NCBI GenBank assembly: GCA_043228905.1
Contig: JBHGNT010000016.1
Coordinates: 5,580,001 to 5,644,000 of the forward strand
Reading direction: 5' to 3'
Length of the DNA stretch: 64,000 nt
Source: Azolla caroliniana
Lineage: Eukaryota; Plantae; Polypodiophyta
Each line of letters begins with the position of its first letter. The stretch's first letter is position 1. A program made the translations under genes and the position numbers. The notes under the pieces were generated by a model, which was not told where the DNA came from, ran no database searches, and worked only from the letters and a program-made list of their open reading frames with translations. Positions 52,001-62,750 of this stretch are shown here, piece by piece.

Positions 52001-55000
52001 ATAATATTAAATCAATATAAATATTTCACATGGACACACATACATAAGTTACAATTGTACCCTTTACTTTTGTAATCCCAGCTCCAAAAACAATATATTT
52101 TAAAAGATAATGTATTCTAACTGCAGTAAAAATGGAATTTTCTTCTTTATGAGAGGTCCCTTGATTCCATTAAAGGAAACGCTTGGCATACTCCACAAGA
52201 AAGAATACTGCATTATTTTGATAGGTTTGGGATCCCAAACCACTAAAAGGAAATGTATGGATAAGAATCTTTCAATATCTCACTCAAATATATATGCATA
52301 TGTCAATATTCAAACGGTTTCATGTATATCCAACATTTTTATTCGCAACTTCCATCACAAAAAAGTATAAGCATTTGCTGCTCTTACCTAGAACCTACAC
52401 CGAAAGCCTCACTCATCAAGGGAAATAACTCAATTGGTGTCTCTTGTACCTGTTTTCTTGCTACCACCCTCAAAAAGAGGATGTCCAGACAATATCTGCT
52501 CTTTATCCAATCTTCAGTTTCACAGGCAGGTCACTTTAGCTCTTTGAAGTAAGTAGAGATTGACTCAATTTGGGAAATTTGATCACGTTAATTGCAAAAT
52601 ATGCCATGAAAATTATAATAACTTCTGGATAGTGAGTCGCTGCACAATGTTGGTGTGAATTCTTAAAATTTCATGCATACCCTTTTTCCAAACAATGAAG
52701 GTGAAGAACAAAGGATTACAGTATGTTGTTAAAACAGATATAGAAAGCCATACTTCCTACTTACCAATTTTGAAAGATCTTGGCCAGACAAGTTGACTCC
52801 ACGAAATCGTGCATGCTCTGACTGTATGAACTTTAGTACTTCTTTCCTTGTTAGTTCAGGCTTATCTTCATCATCTTCTTTTTTTGTTACGGCAACATTG
52901 ATACTTTCAATCAGACCCTGCTCAAAACAGGGATGAAAAACATGTGCAAGGCAACACGACAATATTTGAGAAATGTATATAATCAATTATATGCTTTCAG
53001 CAAACTAAACATTTTTAAACGTACTGCCAATTGATAGTATTCCGCTTCTAGTTGTAGTTCCTGGTAGGAAGGAAAATCTAACATGGGCAAAACACCATCC
53101 CGCAACCAGTTTAACACATGGCGAAAATGCTTCCCATCTCTATCAATAAAGACAATTCCCTGATGCAAAGAAACAAGCTTAAATATATCAGCTATTCAGG
53201 CAGTTCTTGAACCTCAAACTCCCAATTTCAAGACATATGTTCAAAACATGCAAATCACCATGTCGTACTATGATCATTATATAAAGTGAATTGAAGTAGT
53301 CAAAAACACTATAAATTATAACTATATTACAAATTTATCCCTCTGTATGGATTTCACAAGGAAAATGCAATCCACTTCTGCACTCAATCAGATGAATGCA
53401 ATTATTGTAGTTACTTCAACGCTCTCTCAAAAATCAAGCATAGAACTTTCTAAGTTGCGAGAAAAATGAAAACCTTGGAATCCCTGTGAAGCCGATGACG
53501 ACCACTAAACATGGCAGCAAGCATAGAGTCTGAATCTCGTTGAGTTAATGTATCAATTGTTGTTGCAAAAAGCTTTCCCCCTATAGATCACAAAGCATTC
53601 TATATTACTAAAAAATGGAGAGAAAAAGCCTTCATTTAGGCAGGAAATAGAGAACAGAAGTAATGGAGATGGAAAAGCCTTCCTTTAGGAAAGGATTGGA
53701 AGAACACAAGCACACAATGGATTCTTACAAGTTGCACAGAGTTTTTATTACTATATATTTATATGTGTGTATGTATGTATATATAATATATATTGATAGA
53801 TAGATAGATAGATAGATATATCCATCCTTTTTCGCAAGATAAATATGGATGAGACTCCCTAACATGAGGTTTCAAGACTCTACATTAAAAAGCACAAGAA
53901 ACATAATACTTTAATTTCACATAAAGTTGAATGCTCAGAGTACTGAATCAGAATCAGAGACTCACTTTAAACTAGAAACTTGATAGACCTATGTATATCC
54001 CATATGTCCAAGTACAAAACTGGAACTCCGGGCTGATATACATATTTAAAAATAAATGAAAGTAGAAAAAATAGTACACCATATGAACAACGGACACTAC
54101 AATCTATTGCTCCAATTAAGAATCCATTAAATCTAACGATGAGCTCTTTGTTGGAGACAAGTACAATGTCATGGTGTCAGGGGATGCTAGATCACTTTTA
54201 TAATTGGTCAATGTGGGGTGGACCCTAATCAGTTGAAACATTTGTCGGTGGATATAAATGTGAATGGGGATAATACAAAGTCATATTCTTAGAAGATTAA
54301 ACATGAAAACTGTGGGAAGATAGTTGTGGCAAAAACACGTGGGTTCACCACACTTTCTGGAAACCATAGACAAGGAATAAAGGAAGGATTGTTCACACTA
54401 AGTAACACAAATAGACTTTCATGATTCATCGTAAATTACAGTTTCATGAGAATTCATTAGAGTGCTCTTATGAATCTAATCTCAAATTGAAATTTTTGTT
54501 GTGTATACAAATTCTGGTTAGCCTTATAACTTTGCGGCTTCAATGGAGTTTTCTAATTCATCATAAATTACGGTTTCATGATAATTCAATTGGGGTACTG
54601 TTGTGAGTCAGCTCTCATTTGTGATTCGTGTTGTGTGACAGATTAAAATCCTTCTTACAAAGTTTTCGCTGATGATAACAGAGAGAAAAAATGTAAAGAC
54701 ACAAAGCTTGTGGCACTGATCGTGTGATGTGTCTCCTTGTATCATATAAATTGTGCGGATGAAAACTGAGTTGATGTCCAACCTATATTCTAGTGTTTGA
54801 TTTCTCCTTTCTGCTTTACAAAGGTTAATTTTATCAAACCATTACAAACTGTTGAAGTGGATGAACCTCTCAATATCAAAATGTCCAATCCTTACCTTAC
54901 AGGGTAAAACAACATTCCCTATTACTCAACTCAGCTTTTTGGTTTGTGGGTAGAGTTTAAATATTCTGCATTGACTGATGATCATTGATTATGATGATGA

Positions 55001-55545
55001 GGCATTGGCCCTTTATGATGTGGTCTTCAAATTGTGTTCACACCACAAAATCTCATGACTGACAATTATCTGGTAGAGCTATCCCTAGTCATTGGACGTG
55101 AAATACCATTGTAGTAACTTTACACGACGCAAATCATCCCATCAGATCTTCTTTTCATGGATGCCTTATTTGAATAACAAGGTGCAATAGTGTCAACATA
55201 AGAATGTCATTCAGCAGTGGCTCTTAGAATTCAAGTATTAACAAAGGAATCGGGAATCAAGTAATTCTACAACTAAAATGAAGTTCGATTTACGACAAGA
55301 AAAACAGTTTTTTTGGAAGTGTACAGAGTTTCCTGTGTTGTCTCGGATCGAGATACACCCAAGAAATACCAGTGACACCTCCTGTTCACTTTCGTCCTCT
55401 TGATTTCGCACCATACTCTTATCGAAAATCCAAAAAGTAAAACCATAAAGACGGATCAACCTCAGAAGATGGAGACAAGAGAGACCAAAAACTCACCAAC
55501 ATTCAACTCAAGCACGGAGGGGAAACCATTCTGCTCGCTGTCCAT
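49092..55545 (-). CDS. FIP2: FIP2-like BTB/POZ (KCTD-type) + pentapeptide-repeat protein, 11 exons, 300 aa. Exons: 55545-55497, 53580-53474, 53159-53025, 52917-52765, 51779-51696, 51600-51554, 51265-51192, 50488-50430, 50333-50274, 49958-49878, 49145-49092.
   Basis: All introns GT-AG, 903 nt in frame. BTB motifs LNVGGKLFATTIDTL..RDSDSMLAAMFSGRH and FIDRDGKHFRHVLNWLRDG are followed by A(N/D)LxxA pentapeptide repeats. Confidence 0.93.
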
Positions 55546-56100
55546 GGAGCTCGGCCAATTCCTCTCTGCTGTGAAGGTCTCTCGTGGTGGTGTTTACGCC
55601 ACAGAAGGTTTCTCCCACAGAGGGAGATCGGCCATTACAAACAGGGGAAAGCTTTGAAGCACTATATATATTTACATGCTTCTTCTTCTTTCTTTCTTTC
55701 TTTCTTCTTCTTCTTCTTCTTCTTCTTTCTTCTTTTTCTTCTTCTTCTTCCTTCTTCTTCTTCTTTCTTCTTTTTCTTCTTCTTACTTCTTTCTTTCTTT
55801 CTTTCTTCTTTCTTTCTTCTTCACATCAACCATTTTGAAGTACTTTTGAAAAATATGTGTCTGTAGGGAGCTCCTTGGGGGGTAGACTTATTTATTTATA
55901 TCTGGGCTCGGGCCATGGATGGCTTGGCTCTTCGCTGTGTGATCAGGACCCTCGTCTTGACTAGAGAGTCGTGGAGCTCTTGGCATCGGTTCATTGGCGT
56001 GTCGCTTCTAGTCAATGGAATAACGGTTCACCTTGATTGTAAAGACTGACACAGTTAGTTTCTATCAAATGATTGTTGCGTGGCGCAATAGAAATAATTA

Positions 56101-56690
56101 GAAGATATATGTATGCACACACGAGAGATAGATAGATTATATTATCATCTTCGGAGGTCAAATATGACCTATGAGACCAAGAGAGAGAGAGAGAGAGATC
56201 CTATTATTGTCTTCAAAGGGTCAAATATGACCTATGAGACCAAAAATATTACATTTCATGTGATACATTATGTGAAAGTGAATAGCAACTCTCAATGTTC
56301 AAGAACTTTACCAATGAATTGTTGCAATCGAGAATGCACATTGTGGTTGTGAGAGAAATCCGAAGATATATGTATGTGCGCACAAGAGAGAGAGAGAGAG
56401 AAAGAGAGAGAGATTCTATTATTGTCTTCGGAAGGTCAAATATGACCTATGAGACCAAAAATATTACATTTCACATGATACATGATGTGAAAGTGAGTAG
56501 CGACTCTCGATGTTCAAGAACTTTACCAATGAAGGTTGCAATCGAGAGTGCACATTGTGGTTGTGAGAGAAATCCGTGTAAGGATTGGGTTTGGTCAAAG
56601 ATGTGTGGAAAGCGTGGTCGATTATGATCAAAGGCATAACATTGTATCAAAGTGTGATACTCATACTATCGAACTTATGTAAGGCAAATT
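56101..56690 (-). mobile_element. Three stacked 3'-end copies of the LINE at 39608-40032, each abutting a GA-rich tract
   Basis: ttattgtcttcggaaggtcaaatatgacctatgagaccaaaaatattacatttc... recurs at ~56136, ~56198 and ~56412 and matches 39608-39870. Confidence 0.85.
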
Positions 56691-56696
56691 GGGGGA

Positions 56697-56780
56697 TCCG
56701 ATCCATCGGATTCGAACCAACGACCTAAGGATTTCTATTAACGCTACAGTCCTCCGCTCTACCAACTGAGCTAAGGTCAA
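56697..56780 (-). pseudogene. trnY-GUA: Decayed tRNA-Tyr(GTA) with an 11-nt intron
   Basis: TTGACCTTAGCTCAGTTGGTAGAGCGGAGGACTGTAG-cgttaatagaa-ATCCTTAGGTCGTTGGTTCGAATCCGATGGATCGGA. The acceptor and T stems carry several transitions giving G-U and C-A pairs. No T-run terminator follows. Confidence 0.85.
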
Positions 56781-56856
56781 ATGAATGCTTTAAATTAAAT
56801 TAGATTCGTCATCATCTAGGCCGATTTTAGCTTCCAGGAAGAACCATATCAACATA

Positions 56857-57510
56857 TCATCTCGCATTTGACTCCTTCCTAAGAAGGGGTGTTATTGCCC
56901 TGTAGCAATAAAACTCTCGATGTGGAAGTAATGCACGCACACATGTGCTCGCCATTCTTGATGGAGAGTTTGAGTAAGACGCTTTTAAATAGTCTTGCTT
57001 GTCTAACAAGTTGTTGAACTTATCGCGGCTTACCTTATAGGTTGAGCATGTGAGAAGTACGTTGTGTTCATCCTCCACTGTGTTTTCATTGCATGCCTTT
57101 GCTTATCCTCGTACATGGGTGATGATGCTACCTCAACACTTGCGAGCGAGTTTGAAGAAGTGTTAAGGCTCTTTGATATCCAAGGCACATGGGGGTAGTA
57201 AGATGCAGTTGGATATCTTATGCAATGTAATATTCCAATGTTGACATTTTTGCATCTTGCCATTTCATCCTTAGAATTCTCGAATAATCTATAGTTAGAA
57301 CATTGCATACTTCATAGCATCACCTGAGAGTTCTAGTAGAGCTTTTACTCCCCATACTTTTTACCATTTCATAATGCCAAGCACCCAACAAAGAAGAGAT
57401 GGTTTTGCTTTTATTGTTTTTTTGTAGCCTGTTCCTATATTTAGAACCTATTTGGGCATAACCTTGACTTTTAATGATATACTCGCATTCTCTTTGCATG
57501 TGTAACATTG
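56857..57510 (-). mobile_element. Degenerate LINE C-terminal fragment
   Basis: EDEHNVLLTCSTY (Cys/His motif tail) plus homology with 48290-48440. Confidence 0.5.
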
Positions 57511-58877
57511 TTATGGTTTGAGCACGTGTTGAGGATTTAACTCCTACTTATCAATGTAAGAACAAAATTTGGATTAGATGCCCTAAGTGAGATAACACAG
57601 CCGCACTCTTTCATTCTATAAAGCAACACATGGACCACCATAGAATTGAATAACATCGATCTTTTTTTCTACCCTCAATTATCACATTGGTTGCATTAAT
57701 TCTAAAAAACACATCTTAATAATTCTAGCTCGTAAGAAGTTTGGACTTATAACATAATTATTCCACCTATTTGTTGATGGAACATTTATACTGAGATATT
57801 TGAAACTTCGCACCACTTGTATAATCAGTTCTCCCTTGTATGTTAAAGTGGGGTAGTGCCTTGGCCCTATTGCATTTATTGCTCAATTGGTTTGTTATAC
57901 TATCATATGATGTGGTGTAGTGAAGCGATGAAAGTTTCATTATAAGTTGGAATTCGGGTCAAAGTGATCAACGAAGGAAAATGTAGAAGAAGAACATCTA
58001 CACATCATCAAAACATAGCTTGAATGATAAGAGTCGAGCATTGGAGCAATTGGGTCAAGGTTTCAATATTTTGGCAATCTCTATTAATATTTATCTTTCA
58101 TTTGTAATTATATTTGAAAGCTTTATTAGTTTTGGTTTTCCTCACCCTCAAATCACCTCTAATTGAGGTCTATTATATAGTTGCCCATAGGTTAGGAAAG
58201 CATGTGTGCATGAGACCACTTGGCTTTGTTACGACGCAATTACTACTTGTAAGGAGTTAAAGTCTACCGCGAATTGACTAGTTGTTTATGTTGTTGGTAG
58301 TTGTTATATCATTTGACTTACTTGTAAGTTTCTCTAAATAGTGTCAACCGCCACAACCCGACTTTTAGTATTTTCCTAGATGCATACAATACATAATTAT
58401 TATTGTTGTTGACTAATGAGGCCATAATTACTAATTACTAGAAAACTCGAGAATATTCCCCAAAAGAAAGAATTATGCTTGTCATTTGGGTAACATGCAT
58501 GTTTCACCACTTGGCTAGTATATATAATACCACAATATTATCAAATGTACAATGTGTTGAAATCAAGGCCATGCACCAAGGCGATCATGGGTTTAATTCG
58601 TGTTATACACAACACCTCCTATGAGTACGATAGTGGAAACATTAGCTTCATGACATGGGCAATTATTAATCTCCATGAGTGTACTAAGACACCATTTCTG
58701 CGGGGCTGGTTTTATTTTGAAGGGGGTCACATAAATGCCAGAAAGCGTCACCCGATGCGTGTTAAAGATTAATGAGATTTCTATACATAAATCCAACGCC
58801 AAAATAGACACCCGTTAAGTCGAGAGGAAGGAGCAATTTGAACTCCCCAATCTCATTCTTGATTTTGTCTAGACTCT

Positions 58878-59521
58878 ACACTCTTCTTCCTTGTCATTAT
58901 CTTGTCCGCCACTGCCACTATGGTGTATATATATCTTCTAAGACCTCCTTTACAATTCAATACAAAGATATCTTAATCTATAATGTCTTCCTTTATAGTT
59001 TAATACAATGCTAAGTCCACTCTTCTTCCTTGTCATTATCTTGTTTGCCACTACCACTATGGTGTATATATATCTTCTAAGACCTCCTTTACAAGTAAAT
59101 ACAAAGATATCTTGATCTATAATGTCTTCCTTTATAGTTCAATACAATGCTAAGTCCGAATATAATGTCCGTTGTCCACCACTCTATTTATTCCTCCACT
59201 TAAATCTTATGGTCCAAGTAGGAATCAAACCCTTGACCTCTCACTCTTAGCACAAGCTCTTACCAATTACATATATCGTATATGTATATATGTACATTAC
59301 ATTGTACACATATATATACATGTCTTCTAAGACCTCCTTTACAATTCAATACAAAGATCTCTTAATCTATAATGTCCTCCTTTATTAGTTGAATACAATC
59401 ATACTAAGACCAAATATAATGTCCATTGTCCATCATTCTATTTATTCCTTCACTTAATCTTATGGTCCAATTAGGATTCGAACCCTTGACCTCTCACTCT
59501 TAGCACAAGCTCTTACCAATT
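58878..59521. repeat. Tandem duplications upstream of the PPR gene. Two units end in a tRNA-Ile-like fragment on the minus strand (59210-59270, 59463-59521).
   Basis: Repeated cttctaagacctcctttacaa...atacaaagat units. The minus strand reads aattggtaagagcttgtgctaagagtgagaggtcaagggttcgaatcct. Confidence 0.8.
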
Positions 59522-59624
59522 AGAAGAGACAGAGAAAAAAAAACAAAAGAAAGAGAAAGAGAGAAAGATGGATGTATAAAGAGATGGAAGAAAAAGACAG
59601 ACTGAGAGGCTTCCCATCTCCTTG

Positions 59625-62150
59625 ATGCCAAATTATAGCACTTTGGGCGACGAAGCCATAGCTATTCTGGAGAAGAAACATCACAATGGCTTCTCCCTGT
59701 GCAAAAACCTGCTTTACAATTCAATACAGAGATCTAATATCAACCTCTCGCAAGCTCAGAGACTTCATTCTCTCTTCATCTCTCATGAATCTTTGACTTC
59801 TTCTTCTTCTTCTTCTCTGGCTGATGTTTTTATTGGCTTGTTTGGGTCTTTTAATAGGCTTCTTGAAGCTAACCTTTTGTTCCATCAGGTGAAGAAGAAG
59901 ACTTTATTCACATGGGAAGCTATGATTTCTTCTCATTCTGTGGAGGCAGAGCATTTGAGAGCTCTTTACCTGTATCAGGAGATGGAACAAAGTGACGATG
60001 GGTTTCTTTTCCCAGGTAAGAAAATATTGTCTTGTGTTTTGAAATCATGTAGTAATGGTAGATTTTCAAGTGAAGGGATGCTTATCCATGATAAGGTTAT
60101 CAGAGAGAATCTTGAAAGTGAAATCTACATTGGAAGTAGCTTGATTGATATGTATGCTAAATGTGGTCATACATATGAAGCTCAGAAAGTGTTTGATAAA
60201 TTGCCCGATCGGAATGAAGTTACGTGGAATACATTGATTTCAGGTTATGCCCAATTTGGTCATGATTTATCTGCTATGAATCTATTCGTAAAAATGCATC
60301 AGAATGGTGTAAAGGCTGGGAAAGTGACATTTCTGTGCCTGCTAAAGTTATGTTGTAGCAAATCACGATCCATTTATTCCGGTAGATTGTTACATAATCT
60401 TATTATTGAAGGTGGGTTCGAATCCGAGATTGCCATAGGAAGCGCATTGGTGGATATGTATTCTAAGTGTGGAAATATAGAAGAAGCTCACTCTACATTC
60501 GTCAAAATCTCTAACAAGAACAAAGTAACTTGGGGAGCTATGATTTCAGCTTATGCTCAACACGGGTATGGTCATCTCGCTATTGAAAGTTTTAATGAGA
60601 TGCAACAAATGGGTATTAAGCCAGACGAGGTTCTGTTCTCATGTGTATTGAAAGGTTTGGCTGATATAGGATTGATTGAAAAGGGTATGCAAACACACAA
60701 TCAAATCATAGTTTATGGGCTTGATGGAGATTTAGTTCTTGGAACTGCCCTCATTGACATGTATATTAATTGTAGAGATCCATCTTCAGCATATAGTGTG
60801 TTTAAAGCGTTGCCTTGTCAAAATGTGATTACTTGGAGTGCAATAATTTCAGGATATGTTGAGCATGGCCATATACCTGATGCTCTACAACTTTTTGAGG
60901 AAATGCATAAACATGGCATAAAACCAGATATGGTAGCATTTCTTTGTCTCTTGCAAGCGTGTACTACTACCCCCCCTAGGTACTTACCTGATGGTATGAT
61001 TATACATTTCTATGTTATAGAAATGGGGCTGGAAACTGATTCAAAGCTTGAAAATGGCCTTGTTGACATGTATTCAAAATGTGGGATGCTCAAAGATACC
61101 CAGAAAATGTGTGACTTGTTGCCATTTCAAAGAGCCGATGTGTTGAATAAGAAGATTTCAGCATATGCTCAACTAGGACAGGATGATTTGGTTCTTAAAC
61201 TGTTTGGAAGAATGCAATATGATGACTTGAACCAGGGAATAGATACAGTTTTACTCGTGTTGAAATCATGTGCTACTGAAGAAGACTTATGGATTGGTCG
61301 AAAAATCCATAAATGGATAGCAAAGAAAAAATTGGAGTTGGATCTGACTTTGGGTAATACTCTTCTCAATATGTATGTTAAATGTGGTGCTTTGGAAGAA
61401 GCCCATGAAGTATTCAATGAGATGAGAATTAAGGATGTAGTTTCATGGGGTATCATAATTGCAGGTTATGCTGAATGCGACCATGGAAACCATGCTCTCC
61501 GCCTCTTTAAGAGAATGCAAGACGAAGGCCTAGAACCTGATAATGTCGCGTTTTCATGTGTTTTGAGAGCATGTGGATCGATGGGGTCAATCGAACAAGG
61601 AAAGATCGTCCATGACCAGTTCCTTAGAAGTGGGCTTGTGTTAGATTCAGTTGCTGGAAACATCATTGTTGACATGTATGCAAAATGTGGTAGCCTACAA
61701 GATGCTTGGAAAATGTTTTATGCTTTACCTGAACGAACCAAGGTCTCTTGGAACTCTATAATCTCTGCTTGCGCTCATCATGGGATGTACCATTTAGTAG
61801 AACATTGCCTTGTTGAAATGGAACAAAAAGGTTTAAAACCAAGTGATGCGACATATAACTGTATATTCACTGCATGCAGTCATGCTGGGCAAGTTGAAGA
61901 AGGTAGAAAGTTCTTTAATTCTATGGTCGAAGATGATCATGTTACACCCTCAACAGAGCACTTTAATTGTGTATCAGATATTTTTGCCCGAGCAGGGTGT
62001 CTTCAAGAGGCTGAAGAGCTTCTTCAAATCCTTCCGGTTCTACCTAGTGCAACTAGTCAGACATCGTTGCTGACAGCATGCAAAATCCATAGTAATTTAC
62101 GTGTCGGATTTGGATGCTATGGAGACCCCCTTGCGCAGTCAATAAGATGA
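59625..62150 (+). CDS. PLS-class pentatricopeptide repeat protein (organellar RNA-editing type), ending in a truncated E domain with no DYW
   Basis: Intronless 841-codon ORF with repeated P-L-S triplets (GSSLIDMYAKCG..EA..VF..L..R..VTWN.LISGYAQ.G). C-terminal CSHAGQVEEG...PSTEHFNCVSDIFARAG.L.EA...LL.ACKIH.N. Confidence 0.93.
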   Translation: MPNYSTLGDEAIAILEKKHHNGFSLCKNLLYNSIQRSNINLSQAQRLHSLFISHESLTSSSSSSLADVFIGLFGSFNRLLEANLLFHQVKKKTLFTWEAMISSHSVEAEHLRALYLYQEMEQSDDGFLFPGKKILSCVLKSCSNGRFSSEGMLIHDKVIRENLESEIYIGSSLIDMYAKCGHTYEAQKVFDKLPDRNEVTWNTLISGYAQFGHDLSAMNLFVKMHQNGVKAGKVTFLCLLKLCCSKSRSIYSGRLLHNLIIEGGFESEIAIGSALVDMYSKCGNIEEAHSTFVKISNKNKVTWGAMISAYAQHGYGHLAIESFNEMQQMGIKPDEVLFSCVLKGLADIGLIEKGMQTHNQIIVYGLDGDLVLGTALIDMYINCRDPSSAYSVFKALPCQNVITWSAIISGYVEHGHIPDALQLFEEMHKHGIKPDMVAFLCLLQACTTTPPRYLPDGMIIHFYVIEMGLETDSKLENGLVDMYSKCGMLKDTQKMCDLLPFQRADVLNKKISAYAQLGQDDLVLKLFGRMQYDDLNQGIDTVLLVLKSCATEEDLWIGRKIHKWIAKKKLELDLTLGNTLLNMYVKCGALEEAHEVFNEMRIKDVVSWGIIIAGYAECDHGNHALRLFKRMQDEGLEPDNVAFSCVLRACGSMGSIEQGKIVHDQFLRSGLVLDSVAGNIIVDMYAKCGSLQDAWKMFYALPERTKVSWNSIISACAHHGMYHLVEHCLVEMEQKGLKPSDATYNCIFTACSHAGQVEEGRKFFNSMVEDDHVTPSTEHFNCVSDIFARAGCLQEAEELLQILPVLPSATSQTSLLTACKIHSNLRVGFGCYGDPLAQSIR

Positions 62151-62279
62151 CATGAAAGAAACATGCTTTTTAGATGAATCTTGAAACAAGGACATCTCTG
62201 GAGATCTTGCCTAAAATCCGTTGCATTTCATCAAGTAATAATGCTTTTGCATCAAACTATGGATTACATGGTTGGAAAG

Positions 62280-62750
62280 CACCTGACTAGAAAAGCATAG
62301 TCACAATCATGTGCATTGGGTAGCAAAGTATGTGAGAAAATCAAGTCGATGAACTGCAAATCATATAACTCGTGGGCTCTCTTCTCTGACTAGAAGCATA
62401 GTCACAACCATGCACATCTAGTGTCAAAAATTTGACAAGATCAAGATCAAGGGAAATGATTCAATTTCGTATTAACGATTTTTGCCAGACATAAATTTAA
62501 GAGTCAGAATGACGAGTGGTTTGCTTGTGTCCACAAAAAAGAGCGCATCTCCACAAGTGAGAAAATCAAATTGATGAACTACAAACCATAGAGCTGGTGG
62601 GCTCTTTGACTTGAAGCATGGTCACAATCATGTGCATCTGGTAGCAAAACTGTGACAGTATCAAGATCAAGGGAAATAATTAAATTTCGTAACAACGATT
62701 TTCGCCAAACGTAAATCTAAGAGTTGAATGACAAGTGGTTTTGCTCAGAC
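62280..62750. repeat. Degenerate tandem repeats downstream of the PPR gene
   Basis: gact(a/t)gaagcat(a/g)gtcacaa(t/c)catg(t/c)gcat occurs three times. tcaagatcaagggaaat and gtgagaaaatcaa each occur twice. Confidence 0.75.

Noticed and set aside
54960-55240. Possible intronic box C/D snoRNA in FIP2 intron 1
   Set aside because: The TGATGA motifs are on the strand opposite the host gene, and no convincing C/D pair with a terminal stem or rRNA antisense element was seen.
55584-55866. Phe/Leu/Ser-rich membrane-like ORFs
   Set aside because: Translations of a (CTT)n microsatellite upstream of FIP2.
56697-56780. Functional tRNA-Tyr gene
   Set aside because: Weak acceptor stem (three G-U pairs, one C-A mismatch), altered T stem and no terminator. 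Called a pseudogene or SINE head instead.
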